From an uncultured Pelagibacteraceae bacterium (GTDB lineage: Bacteria; Pseudomonadota; Alphaproteobacteria; Pelagibacterales; AG-422-B15): 64,000 bases of DNA. The stretch's first letter is position 1; each line of letters begins with the position of its first letter. The notes under the pieces were generated by a model, which was given only the letters and a program-made list of their open reading frames with translations, was not told where the DNA came from and did no database searches. Shown piece by piece: positions 36,481 through 45,865 of the stretch. The DNA is taken from contig CACNXQ010000001.1 of the NCBI GenBank assembly GCA_902624455.1, positions 333,828 through 397,827 on the forward strand, given 5' to 3'. Both the position numbers and the translations under genes were made by a program.

Positions 36481-37185
36481 ATGTCACCTTCAGTAAATTT
36501 ACTATTAATTGCCGATCACGCTTCAAATTATATACCAGAAAAATATAATAACCTTGGCCTGGAAAAAAAAGATGTTGTCACTCATAAAGCCTATGATCCA
36601 GGAGTAAAAGAATTAGCAATCAATTTATCAAATAAACTAAATTCTCAATTAGTTCTCGGACAGTATTCGCGACTTTTAATAGATTGTAATAGAGATGAGG
36701 ATGATCCAACTTTAATATCTGCAATATCTGACCGTAAAATAATTTTGGGAAACAAAAAAATTACAAAGCAAGAAAAAAATTATCGAATTAATAAAATGTA
36801 CAGACCTTACCATGAGAAAATTAAAAAAAAGATTTTAGAAAATAAAATTAATATGATTATTTCTCTTCACTCTTTTAACCCAATATTTAAAGGAAAAAAA
36901 AGATTTTTAAAATATGGTATTCTATCAAATGAAGACAGAAGATTAAGTGATTTAATATTAAATGAATTAAAGAAGGGAAAAAAAATTGTTGGTGATAACG
37001 AACCATATAAAGGATCATTGATCGGTGATACATTATATAAACATGCTCTCAAAAGGGGGATACATCACTCTCTAATTGAAATTAGAAACGATCTTTTATC
37101 TAATGTTAAAAAGATAGATCAAGTATCAAATTTGATGTATAGAGTAATTAATAAATCAATAAGAAGTTTATCTATTACATTATGA
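36481..37185 (+). CDS. N-formylglutamate amidohydrolase-family protein
   Basis: DHASNYIP, YSRLLIDCNRD, SLHSFNP blocks of the FGase family. Confidence 0.7.
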   Translation: MSPSVNLLLIADHASNYIPEKYNNLGLEKKDVVTHKAYDPGVKELAINLSNKLNSQLVLGQYSRLLIDCNRDEDDPTLISAISDRKIILGNKKITKQEKNYRINKMYRPYHEKIKKKILENKINMIISLHSFNPIFKGKKRFLKYGILSNEDRRLSDLILNELKKGKKIVGDNEPYKGSLIGDTLYKHALKRGIHHSLIEIRNDLLSNVKKIDQVSNLMYRVINKSIRSLSITL

Positions 37186-38087
37186 AAAGTAATGAGACAC
37201 CTAAATGGTTTCTGGACGCTCTGGCACAAAAACCTGAAATTAAAACCGTTAAAATTAAAGGTTCAAAAATCTCATATAATTGTTGGGGTGAAAAAAATAA
37301 ACCAGGCTTAATTTTTGTTCATGGAGGAATGGCACATGCTGACTGGTGGAACTTCATAACTCCTTATTTTTTAAAAACACATAGAGTTATCGCAATGAAT
37401 TTAGGAGGTATGGGTGATAGCGAGTGGAGAAAAGAGTATTCCACTGAGACATGGGGACTTGAAATAGAAGGTGTTTGTAAAAAAGAAAAACTAAAAAAAC
37501 CTATTATTATTGGACATAGTCTTGGGGGTATGTGTGGTGTTTATGCAGCATCTATAATGAAGAAAAATCTTTATGGTCTGGTAATTGTTGATACAGCGAT
37601 TTTACCTCCATCTGATAAGCCTCCAAAATTTGATTTTAAAATAAGAGCAAATAAGATCTATAAAAGTTTAAAAGAAATAAAGTCAAGGTTTAGACTTGTT
37701 CCTGGTCAAATAGATGCTCTAGGATACATAATGGAATATATAGCTGAAAAATCGATTAAAAAAAACAAGGGTGGATGGACATGGAAGTTTGATCCAAACT
37801 ATATGAAAATTTTCAACAGTGAGAGTTTCTTGGAGAGGCAGGCCGTATATAGAAATAAACTTAAAGGACTGAAATGTAGAGTTGCAATTTTAAGAGGTGA
37901 GAAATCAGTGATCTTTCCTGGTAGTAGTGCAAAGTATATGCATGAATTAATGGATAAAAAATCTCCTATTATAAATGTTCCAGAGGCACATCATCATATC
38001 ATGGTAGATCAGCCTATGGCCCTTATTTCAGCATTAAGATCACTTATTATTGATTGGGACCACTCAAAACCGTCTAAAGCATTGTAA
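37182..38087 (+). CDS. Alpha/beta-fold hydrolase
   Basis: LIFVHGG, nucleophile elbow IGHSLGG, C-terminal catalytic His region EAHHHIMVDQP. ATGA overlap with the upstream gene. Confidence 0.75.
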   Translation: MKSNETPKWFLDALAQKPEIKTVKIKGSKISYNCWGEKNKPGLIFVHGGMAHADWWNFITPYFLKTHRVIAMNLGGMGDSEWRKEYSTETWGLEIEGVCKKEKLKKPIIIGHSLGGMCGVYAASIMKKNLYGLVIVDTAILPPSDKPPKFDFKIRANKIYKSLKEIKSRFRLVPGQIDALGYIMEYIAEKSIKKNKGGWTWKFDPNYMKIFNSESFLERQAVYRNKLKGLKCRVAILRGEKSVIFPGSSAKYMHELMDKKSPIINVPEAHHHIMVDQPMALISALRSLIIDWDHSKPSKAL

Positions 38088-38173
38088 ATAAGTGTATTTT
38101 TTGAAAATATTTTCATAAATATATAAAAATAACACTGTAAAAATAGAAAATTAGAAATATATTACCTACTGCT

Positions 38174-38284
38174 ATGGATATATCTGAGCAGAAAAAAACC
38201 TATGACTTTTACAAGAAATTAGTTTTGTGGGGTTGCGTAGGGGTTATTCTAATTTTGATAGGAATGGCAATCTTCTTACTTTAA
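38174..38284 (+). CDS. 36-aa single-TM protein of the aa3-type cytochrome oxidase subunit IV-like family
   Basis: MDISEQKKTYDFYKKLVLWGCVGVILILIGMAIFLL. The pattern I.EQ.KT(F/Y)..F...W....ALIFL resembles Rhodobacter/Paracoccus subunit IV. Sits just upstream of pntAA. Not in the ORF track. Confidence 0.55.
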   Translation: MDISEQKKTYDFYKKLVLWGCVGVILILIGMAIFLL

Positions 38285-38298
38285 CAAACTTGTAAATT

Positions 38299-39420
38299 AT
38301 GAAAATTTTCGTTTTGAAAGAAACCAACTCTGATGCTCGTGTATCTGCATCTCCGGAGACAACGAAGAAACTTGTTGAGTTAGGTTTAGACGTTAATATT
38401 CAAAATGAAGCAGGTTCAGGCTCAAATTTTTCCAATGACTCCTACACTGCAAATGGTGCAAAGATTTTTAATAATGTATCTGACATTAGTTCCGCTGATG
38501 TAGTGATTAAAGTAAATAAGCCAAATGAAGATGAAATAGCAAATATGAAAGAAGGGACCATTTTGATTTCTTCTTTAGATCCGTATAATAATAAGGATGT
38601 TATTAAATCCTTGAAAGAAAGAGGTATAACTTCATTTGCAATGGAGTTAATGCCACGGATAACTCGTGCCCAATCTATGGATATATTGTCTTCTCAGTCT
38701 AACTTAGCAGGTTATAAGGCAGTAATAGATGCAACTTATATTTTCAATAAAGCTTTACCAATGATGATGACTGCAGCCGGTACTATTGCACCTGCAAAGG
38801 TCATGGTATTTGGTGCTGGTGTGGCAGGACTTCAGGCTATAGCTACAGCAAAAAGGCTAGGCGCTATCGTATCAGCTACCGATGTTAGAATGGCAGCTAA
38901 AGAACAAGTTGAAAGCCTTGGTGGAAAATTTGTTATGGTTGAAGATGATGAAGCTGAAGATGCTGAAACATCAACTGGATACGCAAAAGAAATGAGCGAT
39001 GATTTTAAATTAAAACAAGCTAAACTTATTTCAGACACATTAGCATCACAAGATATTGCTATATGTACAGCTTTAATTCCTGGAAAAAAAGCTCCACGTC
39101 TAGTTTCTAGAGAGCAGGTCAATACTATGAAACCTGGATCAGTAATAATTGATCTAGCTGCAGAAAGTGGCGGTAACTGTGAATGTTCTAAACCAGGTGA
39201 AACTATTGAAGAAAATGGAGTAATTGTAGTGGGTGCAAAAAATATTACTTCAACAATATCTCAAGATGCCTCATCTTTATTTTCAAAAAATATTCTTAAT
39301 TTTATCAATATATTGATTGATGCTGAAACAAAAAATCTTGAGATTGACTGGGAGGACGAAATCATAAAAGGGATTTTAGTTACTAAAGATAAAAAAATTA
39401 TGAATGAGGAGTTTGTTTAA
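38299..39420 (+). CDS. pntAA: NAD(P) transhydrogenase subunit alpha part 1 (dI)
   Basis: KETNSDARVSASPETTKKL, SAMELMPRITRAQSMDILSSQSNLAGYKAV, VFGAGVAGLQAIATAKRLGA. Confidence 0.95.
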   Translation: MKIFVLKETNSDARVSASPETTKKLVELGLDVNIQNEAGSGSNFSNDSYTANGAKIFNNVSDISSADVVIKVNKPNEDEIANMKEGTILISSLDPYNNKDVIKSLKERGITSFAMELMPRITRAQSMDILSSQSNLAGYKAVIDATYIFNKALPMMMTAAGTIAPAKVMVFGAGVAGLQAIATAKRLGAIVSATDVRMAAKEQVESLGGKFVMVEDDEAEDAETSTGYAKEMSDDFKLKQAKLISDTLASQDIAICTALIPGKKAPRLVSREQVNTMKPGSVIIDLAAESGGNCECSKPGETIEENGVIVVGAKNITSTISQDASSLFSKNILNFINILIDAETKNLEIDWEDEIIKGILVTKDKKIMNEEFV

Positions 39421-39744
39421 ATGGAAGCTATAGATCCAAATATATTTAGACTTACAATTTTTGTACTTTCAATTTTTGTAGGTTATTACGTTGTATGGAG
39501 TGTTACACCTGCCTTACATACTCCATTAATGGCTGTAACAAACGCAATATCCTCTGTGATTATAGTAGGTGGCTTATTTGCCTTAGTTTCAAGCAGCGAT
39601 GCTTCCTTTTTAGGCACATTATCTAAAAGTTTTGGATTTGCAGCAGTGCTTCTTGCGGCTGTGAATATTTTTGGAGGTTTTCTTGTAACTCAGAGAATGT
39701 TGGCAATGTATAAAAAAAAACCAAAAGCCAAGGAAGAAAAATAA
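39421..39744 (+). CDS. pntAB: NAD(P) transhydrogenase subunit alpha part 2 (membrane dII segment)
   Basis: 107-aa membrane protein with TPALHTPLMAVTNAISSVIIVG. Abuts pntAA and pntB with no spacers. Confidence 0.9.
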   Translation: MEAIDPNIFRLTIFVLSIFVGYYVVWSVTPALHTPLMAVTNAISSVIIVGGLFALVSSSDASFLGTLSKSFGFAAVLLAAVNIFGGFLVTQRMLAMYKKKPKAKEEK

Positions 39745-41142
39745 ATGCATAATTTAGTAGCTGTAGCATACGTAATCTCAGGCATATTTTTTATTATTGC
39801 ACTTAGAGGCTTGTCTTCACCTGAAAGTTCAAGACGAGGAAATATTTTTGGAATGCTAGGAATGCTAATAGCTGTTCTTGCAACCTTATTTTCTGTTAAT
39901 TTTTTTACATCTAACTTCCAAACTATAGCTTTAGTAATAATTGCAATTTTAATCGGTGGCGCAATTGGATCCGTTATTGCTAGAAAAATTGAGATGACTG
40001 CTATGCCTCAACTTGTTGCAGCATTCCATAGCCTTGTCGGACTAGCTGCGGTTTTTGTTGCTTTGGCTGCATTTTATGCTCCTGAAGCTTTCAACATTGG
40101 TACTTTAGGCAATATTAAAACTTTAAGTCTTGTTGAAATGTCATTAGGTGCGGTTATTGGAGCGATAACATTTTCTGGATCTGTTATAGCTTTTGGAAAA
40201 TTGCAGGGAATTATGTCTGGTGCTCCAATTGTTTTCAAAGGTCAGCACATGTTAAATCTATTCATCGGATTAGTTATTGTTGGAGGTATTGTTTATTTTT
40301 GTTTCAACCAAGACCAATCTGTCTACTTAGCTATTATCGCATTAGCTTTTTTAATAGGATTCTTGATCATTATTCCGATTGGTGGCGCGGATATGCCTGT
40401 TGTTGTTTCAATGTTAAATTCTTACTCGGGTTGGGCTGCTGCTGGAATAGGATTTACACTTGGAAACACAGCTCTAATTATCACAGGTGCTTTAGTAGGT
40501 TCTTCAGGAGCAATCTTATCTTACATAATGTGCGCAGCTATGAACCGTTCATTTATAAGTGTGATACTAGGGGGCTTTGGCGCCGAAGATGCCGCAACTT
40601 CAAAAGATGTTGAGCAAAGACCAGTTAAAGAAGGCAGTGCAGATGATGCAGCATTTATTATGAAAAATGCTGGATCAGTTATAATTGTTCCAGGTTATGG
40701 TATGGCTGTGGCACAAGCGCAGCATGCAATTAAAGAAATGACTGATGCGTTAAAAAATGCAGGTGTGAAAGTTACTTTTGCAATTCATCCAGTTGCTGGA
40801 AGAATGCCAGGTCATATGAATGTTTTACTAGCTGAAGCAAACGTTCCTTACGATGAGGTTTTCGAGCTCGAAGATATAAATTCTGAATTTTCTCAAGCTG
40901 ATGTTGCATTTGTAATTGGAGCAAATGACGTTACAAATCCTATTGCCAAAACAGATCCTGCATCACCAATTTATGGTATGCCAATTCTTGATGTTGAGAA
41001 GGCCAATACAGTCTTGTTTGTTAAAAGGGGTAGAGGTCTTGGGTACGCAGGAGTAGATAATGAACTTTTCTATCGTGATAATACTATGATGTTGTTTTCT
41101 GATGCTAAGAGAATGGTTGAGGGAATTGTAAAGGCTCTATAG
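39745..41142 (+). CDS. pntB: NAD(P) transhydrogenase subunit beta
   Basis: GGADMPVVVSMLNSYSGWAAA, IIVPGYGMAVAQAQH, HPVAGRMPGHMNVLLAEA, GANDVTNP. Confidence 0.95.
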   Translation: MHNLVAVAYVISGIFFIIALRGLSSPESSRRGNIFGMLGMLIAVLATLFSVNFFTSNFQTIALVIIAILIGGAIGSVIARKIEMTAMPQLVAAFHSLVGLAAVFVALAAFYAPEAFNIGTLGNIKTLSLVEMSLGAVIGAITFSGSVIAFGKLQGIMSGAPIVFKGQHMLNLFIGLVIVGGIVYFCFNQDQSVYLAIIALAFLIGFLIIIPIGGADMPVVVSMLNSYSGWAAAGIGFTLGNTALIITGALVGSSGAILSYIMCAAMNRSFISVILGGFGAEDAATSKDVEQRPVKEGSADDAAFIMKNAGSVIIVPGYGMAVAQAQHAIKEMTDALKNAGVKVTFAIHPVAGRMPGHMNVLLAEANVPYDEVFELEDINSEFSQADVAFVIGANDVTNPIAKTDPASPIYGMPILDVEKANTVLFVKRGRGLGYAGVDNELFYRDNTMMLFSDAKRMVEGIVKAL

Positions 41143-41148
41143 TAATTT

Positions 41149-41346
41149 TTAGCTGTAGATTTTTCTTCTAGCCATTTTTCGAGATCTTCTAATATTTTCG
41201 GCTTTTTCTCTTAATTTTTTTTGACTAGGCTTCTCAAAGTAAGTCCTCATTTTCATTTCTTTAAAGATACCTTCTCTTTGCATTTTTTTCTTTAGGATAC
41301 GAAGAGCACCCTCTACGTTATTATCTTTTACACTTACTTCGACTAT
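41149..41346 (-). CDS. rpsU: 30S ribosomal protein S21, apparent ATA start codon
   Basis: (I/M)[64 protein letters not shown] aligns end to end with alphaproteobacterial S21 ([26 protein letters not shown]...). Between the upstream in-frame TAA and the conserved N-terminus there is no ATG/GTG/TTG. ATA at 41346-41344 lies 7 nt after AAGGAGGG (41361-41354). Confidence 0.8.
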   Translation of the reverse strand: MVEVSVKDNNVEGALRILKKKMQREGIFKEMKMRTYFEKPSQKKLREKAENIRRSRKMARRKIYS

Positions 41347-41433
41347 TGTACTGCCCTCCTTAAGAGCTTTAAAATTTCACGTTTTTTATCATTTGAACTT
41401 TTTATTGTCTACTTTTAAATAAATAAAATTTCA

Positions 41434-42501
41434 CTAAGAAAAATTGATATGGCCCATTTTTCTGCCCTCTTTAACATCTTTCTTTCCATAATTGTATATT
41501 TGGCTTTTTTTATAAGAAGAATATTTACCTAACGAACATATTTCCCTACTTTTTTTGATTTCCTTACCAATTAGGTTTCTCATTATCCCCTTTTTAATAA
41601 TTTTAGGATTGGTTGTAACTTGACCAAGGATGGATAAAATATGTAATTCAAATTGACTTATATTTGCATTATTTAGAGTAATGTGACCTGAATTATGAAC
41701 TCTAGGTGCTATCTCATTCACATAAATAAAATCATTTTTGTCTATGAAAAATTCCACAGTTAGCACTCCAACATAATTTAAATTTTTAATAATACTTAAA
41801 GCAATATTTTTTATATTTGAGGCTAAATCACTATTTATTTTAGCTGGTGATCTAGTTTCAAACAATATGTGATTCTTATGCTTATTACTGAATGGCTCAT
41901 ACGAATAAACATTATTTTTTATATCTTTTGCACATATAACAGAAATTTCTTCTTTTAATTCAATTATCTTCTCAACCACACATGATTGAAAATCTATTTC
42001 ACCCCATTTCATTTTTAACTCATCAAAGCTTTCAACTGAAAATTGACCTTTGCCATCATACCCAAATCTAGAAGTTTTAAGAATTACAGGAAAATTTAGT
42101 TTTCTACATTTATTAATATCATTTTTTTTCTTCAAGAAAGCGATACCAGCATGTTGTATTTTATTTTTTGAAAAAAAAGTTTTTTCTAATTCCCTGTCCT
42201 GACTAATTTTAAGAGAGCTAAGTGGGGGATAGATTTTACTTTTTTTTATACCATTCAATGCTTTTACAGAAATATTTTCAAATTCATATGTTAGTAAATC
42301 AACTTTTGAGGAAAATTCTTCTAGTTTTTTTTTATCATCATATGAACCATAAAACATTTTCGAAGCAAATTTTTCTGCTGGCGCCCCTTTTCCATCCGCA
42401 TAAACAAAGGACTTTACTCCAATACGTTCAGATGCTTGAGACAAGTACATTCCTAATTGTCCACCACCAATGATGCCAATTCTTCTTATTACAGATCCCA
42501 T
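41434..42501 (-). CDS. purK: N5-carboxyaminoimidazole ribonucleotide synthase
   Basis: IGIIGGGQLG, ATP-grasp blocks GYDGKGQ and EIAPRVHNSGH, C-terminal GRKMGHI. Confidence 0.9.
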   Translation of the reverse strand: MGSVIRRIGIIGGGQLGMYLSQASERIGVKSFVYADGKGAPAEKFASKMFYGSYDDKKKLEEFSSKVDLLTYEFENISVKALNGIKKSKIYPPLSSLKISQDRELEKTFFSKNKIQHAGIAFLKKKNDINKCRKLNFPVILKTSRFGYDGKGQFSVESFDELKMKWGEIDFQSCVVEKIIELKEEISVICAKDIKNNVYSYEPFSNKHKNHILFETRSPAKINSDLASNIKNIALSIIKNLNYVGVLTVEFFIDKNDFIYVNEIAPRVHNSGHITLNNANISQFELHILSILGQVTTNPKIIKKGIMRNLIGKEIKKSREICSLGKYSSYKKSQIYNYGKKDVKEGRKMGHINFS

Positions 42502-42986
42502 TATTTAGGTTTTTTCTTTACAGACTTAGTTTGCCTTGATCGCCATGCTTTATATTTTGTAACCAATTTTTTGTCATTTATCGATAGTATTGATATCGCA
42601 AGTAAAGCTGCATTTTTTGCACCAGCTTCACCAACTGCTAAGGTTCCAACTGGTACACCCGATGGCATTTGTGCTATTGAAAGTAAGCTATCAAGACCCT
42701 TTAATTTTTTAGATTCAACTGGAACTCCTAGAACAGGTACACTGCTTATCGCTGCAGTCATTCCAGGGAGGTGAGCTGCCCCTCCTGCACCAGCAATAAT
42801 AACCTTTATGCCTCTCTTTTCAGACTCTTCTGCAAACTGAAACATTCTCTTCGGCGTTCTATGAGCAGATATAATTTTGACTTCGTGTTTGATATTGAAA
42901 GATTTTAGAATTTTTGAAGCATGCTTCATTGTAGACCAGTCTGACTGGCTTCCCATAATAATACTTACTATGGCTTTATTGCTCAT
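42501..42986 (-). CDS. purE: N5-carboxyaminoimidazole ribonucleotide mutase
   Basis: [36 protein letters not shown]. Confidence 0.95.
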   Translation of the reverse strand: MSNKAIVSIIMGSQSDWSTMKHASKILKSFNIKHEVKIISAHRTPKRMFQFAEESEKRGIKVIIAGAGGAAHLPGMTAAISSVPVLGVPVESKKLKGLDSLLSIAQMPSGVPVGTLAVGEAGAKNAALLAISILSINDKKLVTKYKAWRSRQTKSVKKKPK

Positions 42987-42993
42987 GAGAAAA

Positions 42994-43626
42994 TTATTCT
43001 TCTGGATTTTGAACTATTGGACTTTCTGCAACCTCTACATTTTCAGCTAGACGTTGTCGCTCTTCTTTTTCCTTCTTTTTTTGAGCACGCTTTAGTGATC
43101 TCTCAGCTTTTTCAAGTGCCTCATCCAATTCAATCTGCCTGCAAAGTCCTAAACCAATAGGATCTTGTGGTCTAATATTATTCATATTCCAATGCGTTCT
43201 TTTTCGAATTGCATCAATAGTATTTTTAGTACTTCCAACAAGTCTAGCAACTTGAGAGTCCTTAAGTTCAGGATGATTTCGTATAAGCCAATAAACAGCA
43301 TCTGGCCTATCTTGTCTCTTTGATAGGGGAGTGTACTTCTTTTTCTTTTTTGATTGCTCTGTTTTTTCAGAAATTTCGTTTTCTATAATATGAAGCGTCT
43401 CTCCCTCGTCATTCTCACACTTTTCAATTTCTTCTTTGGTTAGTTGGCCACTTGTAATGGGGTTTAGCCCTTTAATCCCTATTCCTACTTCACCATCTGC
43501 AATACCTTTTATTTCTAACTCGTGCATACCACAAAAATCTCCTATTTGGCGAAAGGAGAGAGATGTATTGTCAACAAGCCATATTGCTGTGGCTTTTGGC
43601 ATTAGTGGTAATTTAATAGTTTTCAT
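42994..43626 (-). CDS. DUF1013-family protein (alphaproteobacterial TrcR-like)
   Basis: [40 protein letters not shown] matches the DUF1013 N-terminus as recalled. C-terminal KE-rich tail. Confidence 0.7.
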   Translation of the reverse strand: MKTIKLPLMPKATAIWLVDNTSLSFRQIGDFCGMHELEIKGIADGEVGIGIKGLNPITSGQLTKEEIEKCENDEGETLHIIENEISEKTEQSKKKKKYTPLSKRQDRPDAVYWLIRNHPELKDSQVARLVGSTKNTIDAIRKRTHWNMNNIRPQDPIGLGLCRQIELDEALEKAERSLKRAQKKKEKEERQRLAENVEVAESPIVQNPEE

Positions 43627-43680
43627 AATTTATCTCGAAAAGTCCTTATAAGTGAATTTAATGGTATTTCAAAGCATATA

Positions 43681-44655
43681 CTAAATTTTAAGTAAAATTT
43701 TACCAATATTCTCGTTGTTTTCCATGTATTGGTGGGCTTTGACAGCATCTTTCATTTCAAAATACTTATCAATGTGAAGTTTAATCATTTTTTTCTCAAA
43801 TAGAGGCCAAATATATTTTTCAATATTTTTTTTGATTCCGTGTTTTTCTTCATTTGATCTTACCCTTAAAGTGGAGCCAGTTACTACAAGTCTTTTTAGC
43901 ATTATTGGCAATAAATTAGCTTCAACTTTTGAGCCTCGTAAATAAGCAATATTGATGAGCCTTCCATTACGGTTTAATAGGTTTATATTTTTTTGAAAAT
44001 AATCACCGCCAACCATATCTAAGATTACATCTACCCCTTTAAACTTTTGTTTTATTTTTTCTTCAAAGTCATGGCTATTATAGTTTATTACCATTTCTAA
44101 ATTTAGTTTATTTAAATATTCTTCCTTTTCTTTAGAACCAACAGTTGCAATACATTTAATACCCATTGCTTGAGCGATAGTTATAGCTGTCAGTCCAATG
44201 CCACTTGCTCCACCATGTATAAGTAATACCTCATCTTTTAAAATTTTTGCCGTATCAAAAAGATTTGTCCAAACTGTAAAAAATGTTTCAGGAATGGCAC
44301 ATGCGTCAATCAGTGATATATTTTTAGGAATTGACATGACAGTTGAAATATCACAACTTGCATATTCCGCATAACCTCCACCACTAAGAAGCGCACATAC
44401 ATCTTTATTCATATAATTTCTATCTACTTTACTGCCTACCTCGACAATAGTGCCTGAAACTTCAAGGCCAAGTATATCAGAAGCTCCTGGTGGAGGAGGG
44501 TAGAGCCCCATCCTTTGTATGATGTCAGGCCGATTTATGCCCGCAGCTTTAACTTTAATTAAAACTTCAGTATCAGTAATACTCGGTTTGATGACATTAT
44601 CAATTACTTCTAAAACTTCAGGTCCACCAAAATTTTTTAAGTTAATTGCTTTCAT
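43681..44655 (-). CDS. NAD(P)H:quinone oxidoreductase (zeta-crystallin/PIG3-type MDR)
   Basis: MKAINLKNFGGPEVLE, AAGINRPD, GLEVSG, IHGGASGIG. Start placed at ATG 44655. The ORF-track GTG 44673 lies inside a strong stem-loop. Confidence 0.8.
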   Translation of the reverse strand: MKAINLKNFGGPEVLEVIDNVIKPSITDTEVLIKVKAAGINRPDIIQRMGLYPPPPGASDILGLEVSGTIVEVGSKVDRNYMNKDVCALLSGGGYAEYASCDISTVMSIPKNISLIDACAIPETFFTVWTNLFDTAKILKDEVLLIHGGASGIGLTAITIAQAMGIKCIATVGSKEKEEYLNKLNLEMVINYNSHDFEEKIKQKFKGVDVILDMVGGDYFQKNINLLNRNGRLINIAYLRGSKVEANLLPIMLKRLVVTGSTLRVRSNEEKHGIKKNIEKYIWPLFEKKMIKLHIDKYFEMKDAVKAHQYMENNENIGKILLKI

Positions 44656-44665
44656 AAGTTTTGAA

Positions 44666-44693
44666 GAAGCCACTAAAGATTTTTAGCGGCTTC
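44666..44693 (-). terminator. 12-bp stem-loop between hsp20 and the quinone oxidoreductase gene (possible hsp20 3' terminator/stabiliser)
   Basis: Minus-strand RNA GAAGCCGCUAAA-AAUC-UUUAGUGGCUUC pairs fully with one G-U. On the plus strand the same position is an A-C mismatch. There is no clean U-run on the minus strand (TTCAAAACTT follows), but a T-run follows on the plus strand. Confidence 0.35.
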
Positions 44694-44714
44694 CTTTTTT
44701 ATAGTTTTATTATA

Positions 44715-45140
44715 TTAGTTTTTAGATGAGATACTAATTTTTCTTGGTTTTTGATGCTCTGGAATTTCTCTTTCAAGAAATATATGAAGTAAACCATTTT
44801 CATAATTAGCGTCAGTGACCTTAATAGTATCAGCTAATCTAAATTTTCTTTCAAAATTTCGACCAGCAATACCTTTATGCAAAAATTCAATATTTTCCTG
44901 ATTGTTTTTTATTGCACCTTTTACAACTAATTCGTTTTCTTGAACTGATATGTCAACCTCATCTTTTGAGAAACCTGCAATTGCAAGTGAAATTGTATAA
45001 TTATTGTCTGATTTAACGATATTGTAAGGTGGGTATGAGTTATTTGACTCATTCAAATTGAATACTGAGTCAAAAACATTGTCAAAAACATCGAAGCCAA
45101 CACTTGATCTAAGTAATGGCGATAAGTCAAAAGTAGTCAT
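44715..45140 (-). CDS. Hsp20/alpha-crystallin small heat-shock protein
   Basis: YPPYNI, AIAGFSKDEVDI, FERKFRLAD, NGLLHI. Strong SD AAGGAGG upstream. Confidence 0.9.
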   Translation of the reverse strand: MTTFDLSPLLRSSVGFDVFDNVFDSVFNLNESNNSYPPYNIVKSDNNYTISLAIAGFSKDEVDISVQENELVVKGAIKNNQENIEFLHKGIAGRNFERKFRLADTIKVTDANYENGLLHIFLEREIPEHQKPRKISISSKN

Positions 45141-45237
45141 AATTTAATCCTCCTTAAGCGATTATATTTATTTTGCTTTCTCATAATTGAGCAAAGCTTG
45201 TAAGTTTATTCGTACATTATTGCTACGAACGATTTAT

Positions 45238-45265
45238 ATATTGGGATTGAAATTATTTTTTCAAG
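45238..45265 (-). promoter_or_regulatory. Putative RpoH (sigma-32) heat-shock promoter for hsp20
   Basis: Minus strand reads CTTGAAA-N13-CCCAATAT, against the consensus CTTGAAA-N13-15-CCCCATNT. It lies about 95 nt upstream of the hsp20 ATG. Confidence 0.5.
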
Positions 45266-45273
45266 ACCGGAAT

Positions 45274-45492
45274 TTAGGTTTTTAAATTACTGAACCTTTT
45301 CTTAAATCTGCTTACTTGACCTTTGTCTTGTATCTTTTGTTGACCGCCTGTCCATGCAGGGTGAGAAAGTGGATCTATATCAAGAGACATAGTATCGCCT
45401 GATTTACCCCAGGTAGACCTAGTTTCAAACTTAGTACCATCTGTCATTACGACTGTTATTGTATGATAGTCTGGATGTTTATCTTTTTTCAT
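45274..45492 (-). CDS. rpmE: 50S ribosomal protein L31
   Basis: [29 protein letters not shown]...HPAWTGGQQ. Confidence 0.95.
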   Translation of the reverse strand: MKKDKHPDYHTITVVMTDGTKFETRSTWGKSGDTMSLDIDPLSHPAWTGGQQKIQDKGQVSRFKKRFSNLKT

Positions 45493-45565
45493 TTTTTTAT
45501 ACTTTTTGAAGTTTAATATCTTATATATATTGCATGATCAATACTTATTTGAGTGATTAACAGAC

Positions 45566-45865
45566 ATGTTCAAAAGCCTATTAAAACATATGAAAATTGA
45601 GAGTTTTTTTCAGTTTGTGCTTGTCATGATTGTGTTTGCTATTACGGGTTCTTTATCTCTAATTGTTACAGTATCACTCTTTGAGGCTTTAAATTTAAAT
45701 GTTGATAGTTTCAGTCCTTTAGTTTTCTGGCCACTCAGAATTATTTTTATTTTTTTTGTTTATCAAGTTTTATTATTAATAATAGCAATACCTTTTGGAC
45801 AATTTCGATATTTTTGGCAGTTTGAGAAAAAAATATTAAGTCGTTTTGGTTTAAAACTTAATTAA
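45566..45865 (+). CDS. Small conserved 2-TM membrane protein (DUF6787-like)
   Basis: VFAITGSLSL, WPLRIIFIFFVYQVLLL, FGQFRYFWQFEKKILSRFG resemble a conserved family I recall as DUF6787. Its stop overlaps the convergent suhB stop by 4 nt. Confidence 0.5.
   Translation: MFKSLLKHMKIESFFQFVLVMIVFAITGSLSLIVTVSLFEALNLNVDSFSPLVFWPLRIIFIFFVYQVLLLIIAIPFGQFRYFWQFEKKILSRFGLKLN

Noticed and set aside
40299-40613. 104-aa plus-strand ORF in an alternative frame of pntB
   Set aside because: pntB is unambiguous, and the Cys/Arg/Trp-rich product is typical of an out-of-frame artefact. The same applies to 42222-42774 (antisense to purK/purE), 46068-46944 (antisense to suhB/efp), 51344-51709 (antisense to tkt) and 61965-62147.
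45141-45237. ROSE-type RNA thermometer in the hsp20 leader
   Set aside because: The visible hairpins are short (6 bp), AT-rich and do not pair with the AAGGAGG SD or the start codon, unlike ROSE elements.
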